A stretch of 64,000 nt of DNA from Nemertoderma westbladi (GCA_032718475.1 JAUCBJ010002096.1:19824-83823), one strand, 5' to 3'; numbered from the stretch's first letter, positions 22,291 through 36,556 are shown. Numbers and translations: made by a program. Notes: a model not told the origin generated them from the sequence alone.

Positions 22291-25200
22291 TGCTATGTAG
22301 AGTTAACGGTGACAGGACAATATCTCCAACCAGACACTATATAACATTGGAGGTGTCTCATTGCTCCTCCCAAGCTTGATACTGAACAAAGCTACCTCCG
22401 CTTTGCAGGTGATTGTTTTCGCCTTGAGGTGTCTGTGCTCAATCTTGTGCTTTGGCAGCCCCATGGTGAAAATAAACATGGTGGAGAGCCCACGACATCT
22501 TGAGACGCCTCTTAAAGGACACTGGCCTTTAAGATGTGGAGAATCTCGCGAAAGTCATGGGTGATAAGGAGTTATGGTGGCTTAATTTTGTAGATGAAGC
22601 GGCATAGTATTCTTAATGCACGCTGCATTGGACCATGTTAATTATGGATTGCATTCCGTATTTACATGTAGCTGTCCCTCAAAGGGAGAATCCCTGGTGC
22701 GATTCATTAGGAATCTATTGTCTATAAATTGAAACAACAGTCGTAAACATGTGATTTTGTCTGAGATTACTTTCGTAAGGCCTCCAACAGTCACTGCCAG
22801 TCAATTTTCAGCAATTATGTTTAATCCTGGATGATAAAGCTGACTTCGCAAAGCTGTGAAATTTTCACTAACAAATTGATAACCAATTCGCGATGGCACA
22901 ATTTTGAAAAAGTATAAATATTCTAATCCGTAACATATTACCTCTTTATATCCCATTCCCCCTTTACAAATTCATGCCCCACCCTTACCTGCCTTCTTGC
23001 TATAAATCGTGTGGGTATTACTTATCTGATAGATAGAATATTATGAAAATCGAGGAATAATAATAAGTGTCATTAAATCCATTATCCTCACAACTCACAT
23101 AGCACAGTTACGAAAATTAATTTAGTCCAATGTTCTACTGACAAGTCCATTGTTTCTGAGCCTAGTGAGGTCATAGATCGCTTAGTGGAGTGGGTGGGAA
23201 GATGGATCGGTTTGTAACTAACATTGTTTAGAGGTTCGTTTTGACACATGTGTGCATGCATGAATGCATCCTAGAGTAGGGAGTGATCGTTTTGATGGTT
23301 TTCGTCGCGCCAATGGTTGACCTTATATAAATAATCGCAAAGCACAATGAGGTAATTTGGTATTGATTATATATATTGTTATCAATAGTCATTATTTATT
23401 ATTAATTATTAATATATATTCATATAAACAGTAACATGATGATGAAAAAATAAGAGTTTTTTTTGTAATCAAATAAAGCTTTCAAGAATGTGGTATGTTT
23501 TAACTAGAGATTGTAAATATTATAGGAACTAATGGTCTGAGATGGCTAGGGATATTCTCAAAGTGAAACCAAGGCAGCTTTATTTAATTTAACCCTCACA
23601 ATAACTAGGTTTCTATTACATCGTCGTCTGAGATATTGTTGTCTTTGCTGTTTTCTGGAAGGGGTTTTTAAAGTGCGTCTTGAGTTCAATATCGCTCAAT
23701 GACGAATGATCAATGATGATCGTTCAATTGATCGACTTTGGAAGCGAATTTATGGCTTAACTTTCCTTTCCAGTCTATTATGGATTACCAGATTTATTTC
23801 GGATCATTGCTGTTTAAAATAATATTTTTTCTTATCGGGATATTTTGGTTGAGCACCTTTTTTATTGTACTACAATCGGCAGTCATTCCCTTACTATTTG
23901 TTCAAGGTGCATTAGGTTTACGAAATGAGGCGGGGATGGCACAATGTGTAGTACTGTGGTCTGGTAGGGTTGTTCACCACATCAATTATTGGCGGATAAT
24001 ATGAAATGTTATTTTGATTGTACAAATATTTTTTATTTTTGATGTTAAAAAAAATTACTTTTTATGTCGGCAATCATAAGTACTGTCAGTTCCATACTAA
24101 CAATGATATAGTGTAATGTTTTTAACATAATGTTATACAAAGCAATTCTCTCCTATCGTTATCAAGGTCCTGTCCAGTTCATAGAAAGGGCAATTATATT
24201 TCCCCCAGTGTTTTTATGATTATATTTTAGTTCTATTTTTTTCACAATTAATTAGTAATTCTTAATTAATATTTGTGAATGTACCCATTAACAGTCAAAA
24301 GCCCCACCATAGTGTTGTGTTTAATCCTGCATTCGTATTCCTTGGCATATCAGACTCCCGAGATAGTGGGTGTGAGCCCTGCGAGAAGGTGCAGGGACGG
24401 CCTCAAAGGTTCTATACTGGGCTAATGTCTGCCAAACGAGTAGCAGTGTATTTTATGAATTTTAGTTCTGGGAGGACTGCACTGCAAATAGGTCGTGAGT
24501 CTGTTGAGGTTGAAGTCCCTGCTGAAATAGAGGACGGGTAATCAACCTTTAGTTTTTTAGGAAAGCCCCTCCATCGGATAGTCAAATATCGTAAAGATTT
24601 ATTTATCCAAAAGTTCCAATATCCACAGGGTTATTGAGTTAACTCTAACAATTGATGTCAGACCTTCTTATTCCTTGAGTTTCCTGTCCCAATGTAAAAA
24701 CCATACATACTCTGAGTCGGTGCTTGATTGGATGCATTGCGCACTTCTTTGTTCTATAATGCATGACTTGATCTGAATGCAAATGTGTTGATCTAATTTC
24801 AGATTTGCATAAAATTATAGAATCTTGGAAAAGCCAATTAACTAATCAATATCCACTCCTTCTGGAGTTGTTAATCTTTCATCACCCTCTAACTGCAAGG
24901 AGGTCCCTGTTTGATCTGTGTCCGAGCCAATTACAACTTTGTAATTGGTACATTGATATGATAACCTACCTTCTCAGGTCATGAAATAAGTGTTGGGTAG
25001 TGAGAGTATTTCATAGAGAGTGAAAGTGGCAGCTACATAGTCCACAGTTAAATTGACTGTAGTCCAGTCAATTTAAGCAAAAATAGGGTGCAACCGAAAA
25101 TTAATTCGTAAATCATCCGAACCAATTTTCATTCTACTACTATAATCAGCCTACTGCATTGTAACTACGCATTGATGTCGGCTTATATATATATATATTT

Positions 25201-25559
25201 TTTTTATTGACAACGATTTAATAACAATGATGCCGCACACCAGCAAATCAGTCAAAATAAACGCGGTCGTATTCCAGCTTATACATATACATGTTATAAT
25301 CCTATTGTAAATTCCTAAGGCTAAATATGAAACACTGATAAAGTAAGTAAACATTTAAACGGTATATAAGTAATAGATTCATCAGGCAATGGTATATAAA
25401 TATATAAGATTGAGTAAATAAATTGGCTACATGATACAATTGATCTGGTCTAACTAAACACGGTGCAATGTAGTAGAGTGTAAATGGAACTAACTATATG
25501 TTAACGAATTGATGGGAAAAAAAAGAAAACTAGATGAGTAAGACTAAACTTACACTGAA

Positions 25560-28200
25560 GAGTCAAATGCAACACATATACTTAAGCTATATATACACTA
25601 TATATACTACTAGTTGTACTTAAGTAATGGACAGCACATCATGACATGATGGATGTCTTGGATACCGGTACAACACTGGCATAGCCATTGATCGTGTGGC
25701 ACACGGGGCGACTTCCAGCGATCAGTCTCAACTCGAAGACGATGGCACCCATTTCGATAGCGCGTCAGGAGCTGTCTATCGATTTCCAGAAGGCAGTTGT
25801 CATAGATCGGCTGTTCTAAAGTCAGGTTGACCTCAACGGGTAATGACGGGTAATGCATTAACGTTTGGGTATAATTCAACCAAGTTAGTGTAATATTTCA
25901 TAGATTTAATGTTATTACTTCTGGCCAATGCAAATACTATAGCCATAGCGGAAAGGGGTTCTTGCTCTGTGAAACGTAAACATTTTTTAAAGAATATATA
26001 TTGCCGCGTTTTTACGCTTATTACAAGTGGTTGAGTACCAGACTCTGCATATAAGATCTCATTCGGGCAAAAGCTGTTTAGATTAAGCATTAGTTTCAGT
26101 GATTGCTTATGTTGCAGTTCTATATCTTTTATGTTGCCATTACCCCAACTTTCACATTCATATAATAAAGTAGAGTCAATACAAGCCTGCCGCACACATT
26201 GTTTAACATATAGTGGAATATATTTATTATTTGTGATGAAGGAGGCAAACTTCACCTCAGTATGATCCCGTTTTGAATGCGCATGTAATTTCAAGTCAGC
26301 GGCCATTGAGCCTGAGGATGAGAATATTGATCCCAGATAAAGCACTCTACCATTATCAGCGTATTTTGATGATAGTGTATCTAATCTAGTGTATCTACTG
26401 TTTAACTAACAGCCTTACGACAAATAGCAGGACTTTGATTCATTTATTTCTGGTTGTTATCATTGTTATCATGTTATTATTGAAGTATTTCACAACCAGG
26501 TTACACTTTTCAGTAAACTCTTCCAGATACGTACTAATTACACATGTGTCATCTGCATGCAGCAATGCATGAATCAATCCCAACACTGTATCAGGTCTGC
26601 ATCTAGTGGCTAAGTAATCAAGCAGATCATTTAAAAATAGAATGAAAAGGATCACACTGCTAGGGGCACCTTGTCTGATACCTGACAAAATATATAACAT
26701 TTCGGAAAAGTCTGTCGCAAAGTGTAAGAAAGAGGTAGTTGAAAAATTCAAAGCCTTCAATGCAACAATACCGAAACTGTTTAGCTTGTGAAGCATTTTA
26801 GCCCTAGAAACCTTGTCAAAGGCTTTTTCGATATCGAAAAATGCTATTTATAGTTTGAATTTCATTTTCTTAGAAAGTTCGATTAATAACCTGAGAATAA
26901 GAATTTGATCCAGGCAACTTTTGCCAGTTTGAAAAAACATCCATTTGACCATATATTATATGGTCATAGATTCCCACTAAGAAATCTGCCATCTGAATTC
27001 CCCTATAGTTTTTCGGTAATGAGAAGTCACCCTTCTTTAGAAGAAATGTTAACAGAGTCAATAATTTTAGTTGGTATATTATACTAGAAAATATTACATT
27101 GAACAAGCAGATTAAGTAAGGAAGTAGAATCAGTATCATACGAGAATGGCATTTCCTAAAGGAAATGCAACCACGAAGCTAAGGAAAATTAAACATACGG
27201 CCACACTTTGGTTCGTTGCTTAGCCTCGTTTAGTAGCAATTGTCAATAATTAACTTCTATTCCCATGGAAACTAGTGTTCTCTGGAACTGTTGCTTTAAC
27301 CTTTGAAAAAAAATTCAGTACAGATTGTGGTTCAGATAACACATACCAAGTTTCAGAAAATATTGTAGTTTATGTCCAAATTACCGATTTTCTATCAAAA
27401 TGCATCTGTTTGCAGTGGTTGTCATGGAAACTGAAAAATAGAACAATGTAATTCGGATGCAGAATAAGTCATATAGTGGGGGTAGGGGTTAGTCCCAAGT
27501 CATAATACTATTAAATTGTGCTTCAAATTATCATTTTATAAATTTTAACATCTGTTTAGACTTGTTGCTATGGTAACTGTATTTTCTAATTAACCTCAAA
27601 CGGCTTGGATATGGATCTTATAGATGAGTTGCAAAACCCCAAGTTTATATATATTACAGTTTTGCTACAAATAGAGTTATCAATATAGATTTGAATGATA
27701 TAGAGTTTAATAAACTACAGTTACCATGGTAACTAAATTTCTGGAATAATTTAAGTTTCACTAAAATCAGTATCATACCCTTTAAAGTGTTACCATGGAG
27801 ATCATATCCACCTTTCTTTGATGTGGGCGCACAAGCCGCATTCACCTCAGTATGAGTAAAAGGATCATCAAGGCATGGTATATATAATATATATACCACT
27901 TGGTTGGATGTCATCTAAGGGTTCACCCGCATCTTGGTTATATAGCACATCAATATGTTGTTCAAACTCTGACATAGATGGGCTACTAGTCGGCCGTGAT
28001 GGTTGAAGAGAGCCCTTCCAGTTGACTTTCTTCCACATCTCCTTCGGATTATTGAGAACATCAACCCATGAGTCTGAAATAGATCTATGGAAGTCGGATA
28101 CGTTTGCCGAGTTAAGACGTGACTGTTTTTCTGAGAAGTTTGCAAGTGCTTCTAGGGCCTTGCTAGAGTTAAAACCACTCAATGAGTAAACATTGTTCAA
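25560..28200 (-). pseudogene. Decayed LINE ORF2 (RT plus C-terminal CCHC; RTE-X/Proto2-like), interrupted by a Helitron
   Basis: Fragments KKGD...KNYRGI, GIRQGAPSS..LFILFLND, LLHADD, YLGSIF, LLYECESWG and HRLRVETDRW...CQC...HVMMCC in collinear order, with stops and frameshifts. Confidence 0.8.
27141..27766 (-). mobile_element. 5'-truncated Helitron (B/E subfamily) inserted in the LINE
   Basis: Near-identical to 4481-5106. Flanked by the direct repeat AATCAGTATCATA (27128-27140 and 27765-27777). Confidence 0.9.
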
Positions 28201-28439
28201 ATCTTATTGGAGTTAACAAAAAGATCATCACTAGAAGCAGCCTGTTCTAATGAACTAAGGAGCCTTGAGTTGGGCTGGGCTCCCTCTGGTGATTCTGAGA
28301 GTACTCTTAAGTCATCACCAAATTCTAGATCGTTTAGGTACTTGGCTGGATTTCCTCGACTTCTGGAGCCAGTGGTGGAGTTACCATCACCCCATCATCA
28401 ATTTGATGATCTAAGGACATGCAAAGAACATAGTCTGCC

Positions 28440-29300
28440 ACAATTATGAATAAGAATAGTGCAAGTGTATCTCCCTGGAGCACTCCTCATAACACATCGA
28501 ATGGATCTGTGTCACTGTCAACTGTAGACGCAAATGTGTTTGAACCATTGTATACTGATCTAATTGCTGCAATAATTTCATCAGGAATCCCATTTAATGA
28601 AAGTATGCTGAACATATGTTTGCAAGAGACTGAACCAAATGCAACAAAGACAACAGCCAGATGCCTGTCTTTCTTTTTTGATAACTCTTCAATTATCCTT
28701 AAGTGCCAAAATGGGCTCCATGGTCCCACGACCTTTACGGAACCCATTTTGATTTCCACGGAGCAGTCTCAATATGGGATCCCTGATGCGATTTAATAGA
28801 ATTCTATAGTATAGCTTTGCAGCAATCATGGTCAATAAGATTCCCTGAAAAGATCCATAGAATGTTAGGTTGTCCTTTTTTGGAACAGACACCAACTTAT
28901 TTGTTTTCATTGTGTCTCATCATTCTGTACATGTCTATTTTCAAAGATGAGGTAAATGAGCTCCTAACAGTGTTATTTTAAAGATCTCAGGGGGGACCCC
29001 ATCTACTCCACTAGCACAATTGGTCTTAATGCTAGCAGCCTTCACTTCTGCAAAAGAGATATCGCAGTTGGAATATCTGGGAGAAAAGTTATCAGGCAAT
29101 ACCATGTCATTATTGAGGAGCTTCTCAAAGTGGGCCTTCCAACCATTGAGGTGATTGGCTGGTGATTTTGCCTTAACATTGGTGGTTGTTTGGCTTTTCC
29201 ACCCAGTAAGCAAGTTGATCGATTTCCATGCATGGGATAATTGCCTGCTGTTGTCAGCATCATTGATGGCATCAACCTGTTGGTTTATAAGAGTATTAGC
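28440..29300 (-). pseudogene. RTE-clade LINE RT fragment
   Basis: SGVDGVPPEIFK, VPKKDNL...QNGFRKGRGT, RIIEE...VVFVAF, and a GVLQGDT-like segment near 28470. Confidence 0.75.
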
Positions 29301-30864
29301 TTAGATTATCAGAGTACTGCCTGTTCAGGGACCTAGATGCAGCATTAACTGCATGTTGTAGTCCGTTTGAGTCAGGACTCTTTATGCGCCTTAAAGAGGT
29401 CCTTGCAGCACTTCTGAATTCTGTGGTCAGGCCAGGGGGCCTTTTTCCTGTTACGAGGGTATACAGGAACTGTTTCTAACTTAAATTACCTTAACTTACT
29501 TACTTACTTATCTTAGATTCTAACTTAACTGCTTCTCTGAACGCAGTATAACCCTCGCAGTACTATGCCACCTCAGAGGCAAGAGCCTCATACCTGTTGC
29601 TCTGCTGTAAATTGAAGCTGGAAGAGAGAAGACTGTTGCAACAGAGAAGACCAGTCATAATATGTGCTAGCGCACAGACTAAGTTTTACATTAGCCACAA
29701 TAAGGCAGTGATCACTGGAGAATGGTCTAAGTGTAAATACATTACAGTATTGAATAGAATTCCTGTACTTCCTAATAAACAGAATGTAGTCTATCTGGGA
29801 CTTGTGTCCACTGGGTCCACAACGAGTCCATAGCTTTCCAGTTCTCTTCTTGAACAGGGTTCCAGCCTAAAACAATACAAATTAGTAGGTAGAAATTTTC
29901 CACCCTACTGGGGCAATACTAGTTGGAGAATAGCACACGATCAGAACCACCTTGGGAACTTCTTAGCCAGTCTTCGAGAACATGAGAAGTGGCATAATGG
30001 ATGATGCGGTTAGAGATTTGGTCTATTTTGTCCAATGCTGCATGTGCAGTTGTTAACTCTCCAAAATCCTTTCAAAAATATTATGCGGATCATTTATAAT
30101 TTTAGGTGTATTTCTCTTTAGCAACATGTATTAGTTTTACTTACCAAGAAGGTAACTATTTATGGGGTTTCTCCAAATTACAGACAAAATTAGTCAAATG
30201 AATATCGATTGCATGAATTGGAGTGCATTTTTACTGTATTTATTCCTGTAGTACGTACCAAACATAGCATACATTTATTTCAATCTGTTGTCCATGTGAG
30301 ATTGAATTATAATTAATTAATACTTTTATTCATGAGTCAAATGCCCCAAACTCAGCTAATACATATAATTAGCCAACCAATTTACTCATACAATATGTAC
30401 TGTACTGTTTCTATTTCTAATCCCGAATAAGTATAACTAATATACAATACATGTGGTAATAATCAATAAACACCAAGGGTGTCTCTCACATACATTCATA
30501 CAAGCCTCTGAATTACTAATCCGTTGGATATGGTTCTGAGGATACGATCCTTGATTCACTGTTTCAGAATTTCCCTCCTCAAGGCATTACAAAATGTACT
30601 TCTTTATTGTTTATGCGATCTCACCTTCCTTCGATCTTATATAAATTATTTTATCTCATTATGCTGTTATGAACATAACCCCCCCCCCCCTTTCCAATGC
30701 GCAATGGTTTAAAAATAGAAAACAGTTCGTTCATTCTTGGGATAACAGTGGACGAAACTTTTTCCAAGATGAGTCTTGAGTCTACAATTCTTCATCATTC
30801 TTTGGTATATGGCCAATAACGAATAACAGCTTCCTTTCAACTTCATTTTTTTTGTTCTTGCACT

Positions 30865-30905
30865 TAGAGCGACAGACTTCCAACCCGGAGGTCACCAGTT
30901 CGATC
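30865..30905 (+). other. tRNA-derived SINE head fragment
   Basis: TTAGAGCG...GACTTCCAACC...GAGGTC...GTTCGATC resembles the end of a D-arm, an anticodon arm and a B-box. Confidence 0.3.
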
Positions 30906-31545
30906 ACAACTGGACTTTATTGCCGATTTTGCAAAACTTTGCCTGACGAATGTTATAATATTGATAATAATTGGCATTCAAATACGTCCTAACTGAGAAT
31001 CGTGATAGATGATAACATTGATGGTGTTGTTTATACAAAGTGAACCCAAATTCTTATACTCACACATTGAAATTTGCAGATAATTTTTGCGCAGTCTATT
31101 AACAAGTATTATTAACAGGTTCGTTTCCCAAATCTATGCTACTTCTTTGAATCCTAATTGTTTTTAGAACATCAATACACTATCAAAATTTTCAAAATCG
31201 TCATTTTAATTGATAATTTTGATAACTTTGATAGTGTACCAAATGCATATTCAAAAGTTCCAAAATAAGAAGAAAAAAGAATAAAAAACCGGTGTGAAAC
31301 CGCTGTCACGGTACAAACCGGTGTGACAATAAAAAGTAACAAATTATATGACCACATGTACAGCTTGATTAACAGCTGTAAATAGGAAGTGTCATCGTTT
31401 TTCTTCCAACCCCTTAGTGCAAACGTATGCAATATCATCTATTTTAGTATTTATCAGTAAATTTTCAGACAGAGAATATAAAATGTTATATTCCCCTTAT
31501 TTTGTTATTTATAAAATATCATTTACTTTCAGCGTTTGGTCCACA

Positions 31546-31733
31546 ATGGATGTGAATTCTACTATTGGTTTGGCTATACAAACTGATATACATGATATTG
31601 AATCGAATTCTGGGTTAAAGTTTAGTCTACCAGTAACTGTGATAATTGGATTTGCTATGGGATTTCTAAGTGTATTTACGACATTGGGAAACTCACTGGT
31701 GCTAGTGGCATTCGCAAAAGATGACAAACTGAG
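31546..31733 (+). CDS. First coding exon of a class A (rhodopsin-like, aminergic/muscarinic-histamine-like) GPCR: N-terminus, TM1, ICL1
   Basis: MDVNST (N-glycosylation sequon) followed by hydrophobic TM1 and GNSLVLVAFAKDDKLR (GNxxV...LR signature). Acceptor TTTACTTTCAG|31533 and donor AG|GTAAGT at 31733/31734 (phase 2). Confidence 0.85.
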
Positions 31734-34249
31734 GTAAGTTTGATCCCAATTAATTAACAATTATCTAATGACTCAAACCTAACTTGCACGCCCCCAACAA
31801 CCAAATAGACAGTTGTATGATGAAAATGAGAGGTGATAGTATTATGATACAAAAATTGACCTTTGAAAATATATTGGAAAGAAAGTTACAATTATTGCAT
31901 ATATCTAATTTTGGTCTTTACAATTTGAAATGCTCATGCTCCACTAAAAGTAAAGTAAAGGAAAGTTTTATTCGGCTGTTATGTAAGGGATTACGCACAA
32001 AGTCTTACCCCTTACGATTTATTTTCAGTGCGGTAACCCCAGAGCTACGTTATAGTCCCCTGAGGAAGCTGGTACTCATTTAGTTAACATTTAAGGGCGG
32101 AAAGCAAAGGTGCATCCTGGCCGCCCTGGCTAGTCCCTTTATTTGTGACAAAACGAAAAGTAGCTTTTCATGGATCACAACGAATTATTATAAGTTTCAT
32201 TCGACTCATAAGAGCCGACTGTTAAGTTCTGTTCATGTAACAATGTGATTTGTAAGGAATTGTTGGATAATAAAATACAAAATATATACAACGTTGTTAT
32301 AAGAAAATCAATATTCATGGCTGGAAGGGGCGGGGGGGGGGGGGGGGGGGGGGTGTTTGGGCAGAATTCCTTATTACATATTTGCCCCATTGTAGCCTTC
32401 TTAGACCAAAAATATTTCAAATTTAATTTAAACCCAACTATAAATATTAAAGAATAAAATACAAATTTTAGTGTTGCAAAATACGTGGATGTTAATAATA
32501 TCGCACAACTGTACGTTATTCATAAACGCAGTAATTAAAATAAAAATTTCATTTTAGTTTTTTGTACATGAAAATTAGATTTGAATTCTATTAAATATTG
32601 TAATAGATTTTTTATGGATCATAAGTTTATACTATTAATAAATTACATAATATCAATATTACTATTACTTAGTATAACTTATTGAAGATACGCCGCGATT
32701 ACGAATACGAATATAAAATAAGTATTAATTAATTTAAGTTATTACAAAATTGGACACTGCGGGTCACATTACATAATTATCAATTATCTGGCATCACCAA
32801 AACTTTACAAATGCTTTAAACCACTACAACGTCACTAAAAATAAAATAACAAAAGTATCTGAATATCGGCCTAGCAATATCTATAAGTTTAAATTAACCA
32901 AAGAGTTGCATTATTATGTAATGCCTCTATGGAATCCATCTTTAAGAGAATTTCAGCCAAAAGGCACTTCTCGGTCGGCCATGGGCAAGTCGTAGACATT
33001 ACGGTTGGTCGCTAGTGAGCCAATTTGGAGCTTTAGCTCCAATGGAATTTCGGATCGAGATCATTCATAGTGCGATCAAGGAGGGAAGGTGGGTCATTCT
33101 TCACAGTATTTCAAATCCTGGCATCAATCACTTTTGCCACAAGATGACGCCGTCGCTGGGATACAAACTATCTGTACAAATGTTTGCTAGCTGTACCAGT
33201 GGTGGCTAATTGGATGAAACAGTACCCACTACCCAGGTATGAATTTTACCGAAATAACGGTAAATTTGCGTAAATTGAGATTTTTCTCGCTCTTTTATTT
33301 ACACCCGGAAGTTGGGTCTTTTAGGCTTAGTGGTGAAATTAGGAACTGTTGCGCTTGAGTATAACTACAACGTATTATATTATCAAGTGTATTATATTTA
33401 TCACCGATTTTCGGAGTCGAAAATTTGATAGATTACGTATCGATTATCTAGAACTTAATATAATAGTCTCTTCGTGATATTTGCAAGTCAGTGGCTGAAG
33501 TGTTGATTTTGGGCTAAAATTTATACTTCGTGCACCAAATTGGCGTGGATAAGACAACAAATTTAAAAAAACAAATGGATCAAAATTCTTAAAATTCCAC
33601 ATACTATAAATGGACAAAATTTCAGAAGATATAATTATAATTAAGTAATAAAACGCTATGTGTGAGGTCCTTTTTCTATACTTGTTGTCACGCATGCGCC
33701 CGGTGTGGGAGAATCCTCCCTGAGGATCCCCCCCCCCCCCCCCCCAAGGTATGGTTTGGTTTTCTAAGGAACTGCATGGCATATCCGGCAATGGCAGCAG
33801 ACTATGATAATCAATAGTTGGACAAAAGTTAGACATTATTATATTATCTGCTTATTAGTAAGTGAGTATAATGAATGAATCAATGAATGGACCGTGCTGG
33901 TTTCATTAAAACTAATGGATTATCCAGCATCAGTGTTAATAAGGTATTCATTTCATAATAAAGCAGATCATGCAGTATCCATCCAACTGCTAATTATAAA
34001 ATCAATGGACTTTGCCATTTCAATCACTGGAGTAATTAAATGCCTCCGGGAGTTGCACACCATTTGTACTGTTCATTGAAGCGTTTAGTTTCATATGGCT
34101 GGCTACCTGTGAGTGAATTTATTGTGATATTTATTATAATATAAGGAATAATCGTTATAATATCAAACAGAAATAGGTAGATGAAAAGTTCGGAGTTTTT
34201 ATTAATTATAAAATTACGGTCCTATAAAATAAGTATAAGGTCCTACTAA

Positions 34250-34352
34250 ACTCCCAAAAGAACCCAAAAAACCTAAAAGAACTAAATAGAACCCAAAAGA
34301 ATCCAATAGAACCCAAAAGAACCCAAAAACAGCCAAAAAACCCAAAAGAATC
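34250..34352. repeat. 10-bp minisatellite (AACCCAAAAG-like)
   Basis: About 10 degenerate copies visible. Confidence 0.8.
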
Positions 34353-34517
34353 AAATAGGCGTATATAATGCAATTTGTTATGCCAATTCGTTCAACCTGA
34401 CTGTATTCAATAATCTGACAGCATAAAATCACTGAATATTTATAGCATGAATTATAGCACAATACTAATGAATCACACAATTTTAAGCACATTAGTTAAA
34501 GTTTGTAAGTTAATTTC

Positions 34518-34734
34518 GGCATTATACTGGCTTCTGGTCCGCGGACCAATGTATAATGTAATCATGTGTAATCATATGTACAATAAAATAATAATAACAA
34601 TGAAGTAATTCAATGTTTATTGTTTTGGTTCCCCCAACAAGCCACTGTAACCTGCTCCTTTACTAACCTGCTCATTTAAATGGCTTTGCCGGAAAACGTA
34701 TTTGGTCCGCGGACCAAATACCAGTATATGGCCT
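34518..34734. mobile_element. Small MITE-like element
   Basis: Inverted ends ATACTGG...CCAGTAT, each next to the palindrome TGGTCCGCGGACCA; TTAA at the right flank. Confidence 0.55.
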
Positions 34735-34789
34735 TAATTTCTGCCCTATATGTATCCCCTATAGTACAGCGTTGCAAATGTCCTATCAG

Positions 34790-34965
34790 TGCATGTCAGC
34801 TCTCCATCGACGAATCCCAGGGTGTGCCTTGATCGCCGGCCGCCACGAAGGTACAGTGAACTCTTCTGGAGGAGCACAAACTGCAGACGCCGCCTCACTC
34901 CTCCCACAACTCTTTCAAGGCCCCTCTCCCACGCGGCCTTGGTGTAAAGCGACGGCAGCCTTGAT
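34790..34965 (-). pseudogene. CRE-clade element 3' fragment
   Basis: ERGLERVVGGVRRRLQFVLLQKSSLYLRGGRR...LGFVDG aligns with the peptide at 17190-17330. Confidence 0.8.
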
Positions 34966-35658
34966 GAACGTTGATGACTTTGATTCTTCCATCGTCTTAT
35001 AAACAGCCCCGGATCAGGGTCACTTATTTCCCTTTGACCTGAAAGGGTCCCACCATGGATTCGAGTAGGTCCACTAATACCTTCAGCGGCCTTCATCGCG
35101 TCAATTTAGTTAGTTACTAGTATAGTTAATAGTTATTGGTATGTTGAAATATAAATATGCTAATCAAAATTTGTCAACTCCTAGCGGTTCATACAGTAAG
35201 TAAACATTAAAAAGTGCAGACGTGTTGAACGTGTTTATATACTGTAGTTTACTAAAAATAGTCCTGTCTTTTTATCATTCGACCAGATGACGTTTTAATT
35301 TGTTGTAATCCTTTTCCTGGGCCAATGATTCGTGGTAGAGTTTACGAAAATATATATATTATAATGTTCAATCATATTACTGTACAACTAACAGCGCTGA
35401 CCGTTGATAATACAGCTACAGTATTTACTGAATAAGTTAAAGTAAAATTAATATGTTAAAGATATTATAATTTGCTACAATATGTCGGTTGTATTGTCGG
35501 CCTAAGTTAAAGTACGTCGATATTAACAGAGCTCGTTCAGCCATTGATAATAATATTTTCAACCAATAATGCCATCAACAAATGCTGTAGATAGATTGAA
35601 ATCCCGCTAAAAAAAGTTGTAATTTTATTACCAGTATTATTTAGCCAATCAAAGTAAA

Positions 35659-36556
35659 GTTAGTAAGTCGTTCGCACGAGTTAGTAAGTCGTTCGCACGC
35701 GTTAGTTAAGTCGTCCGCACGACTTAGTATGTCGTTCTCACGACTTAGTAAGTCGTTCGCACGAGTTAGTAAGTCGTTCGCTCGCGTTAGTATGTCGTTC
35801 GCACGAGTTCGTTAAGTCGTTCGCACGACTTAGTAAGTCGTTCGCACGACTTAGTAAGTCGTTCGCACGACTTAGTACGTCGTTCGCACGACATACTAAG
35901 TCGTTCGCACGACATACTAAGTCGTTCGCACGACATACTAAGTCGTTCGCACGACGTAGTAAGTCGTTCGCACGACTTAGTAAGTCGTTCGCACGAGTTA
36001 GTAAGTCGTTCGCACGACATACTAAGTCGTTCGCACGACGTAGTAAGTCGTTCGCACGACTTAGTAAGTCGTTCGCACGAGTTAGTAAGTCGTTCGCTCG
36101 CGTTAGTAAGTCGTTCGCTCGCGTTAGTTAAGTCGTTCGCACGACTTAGTATGTCGTTCTCACGACTTAGTAAGTCGTTCGCACGAGTTAGTAAGTCGTT
36201 CGCTCGCGTTAGTATGTCGTTCGCACGAGTTCGTTAAGTCGTTCGCACGACTTAGTAAGTCGTTCGCACGACTTAGTAAGTCGTTCGCACGACTTAGTAC
36301 GTCGTTCGCACGACATACTAAGTCGTTCGCACGACATACTAAGTCGTTCGCACGACATACTAAGTCGTTCGCACGACGTAGTATGTCGTTCGCACGAGTT
36401 CGTTAAGTCGTTCGCACGAGCTAGTTAAGTCGTTCGCACGACTTAGTAAGTCGTTCGCACGACATACTAAGTCATTCGCACGACATACTAAGTCATTCGC
36501 ACGAGTTAGCGAAAATAAATAATTTTTTTTTCTCATGTCCCTTTAGGGGCTCCGTA
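35659..36556. repeat. 21-bp CpG-rich tandem array (~40 units, TTAGTAAGTCGTTCGCACGAC) with a transposon-like right end
   Basis: Array spans 35659-36510 with a ~422-bp higher-order duplication. It ends in CATGTCCCTTTAGGGGCTCCGTA, which looks like a TIR; no left partner found. Confidence 0.9.

Noticed and set aside
23300-23360. CCAAT, TATATAAA and GAG|GTAATT as the GPCR promoter and first exon
   Set aside because: The expected start site would coincide with the donor, and such motifs are common in AT-rich DNA.
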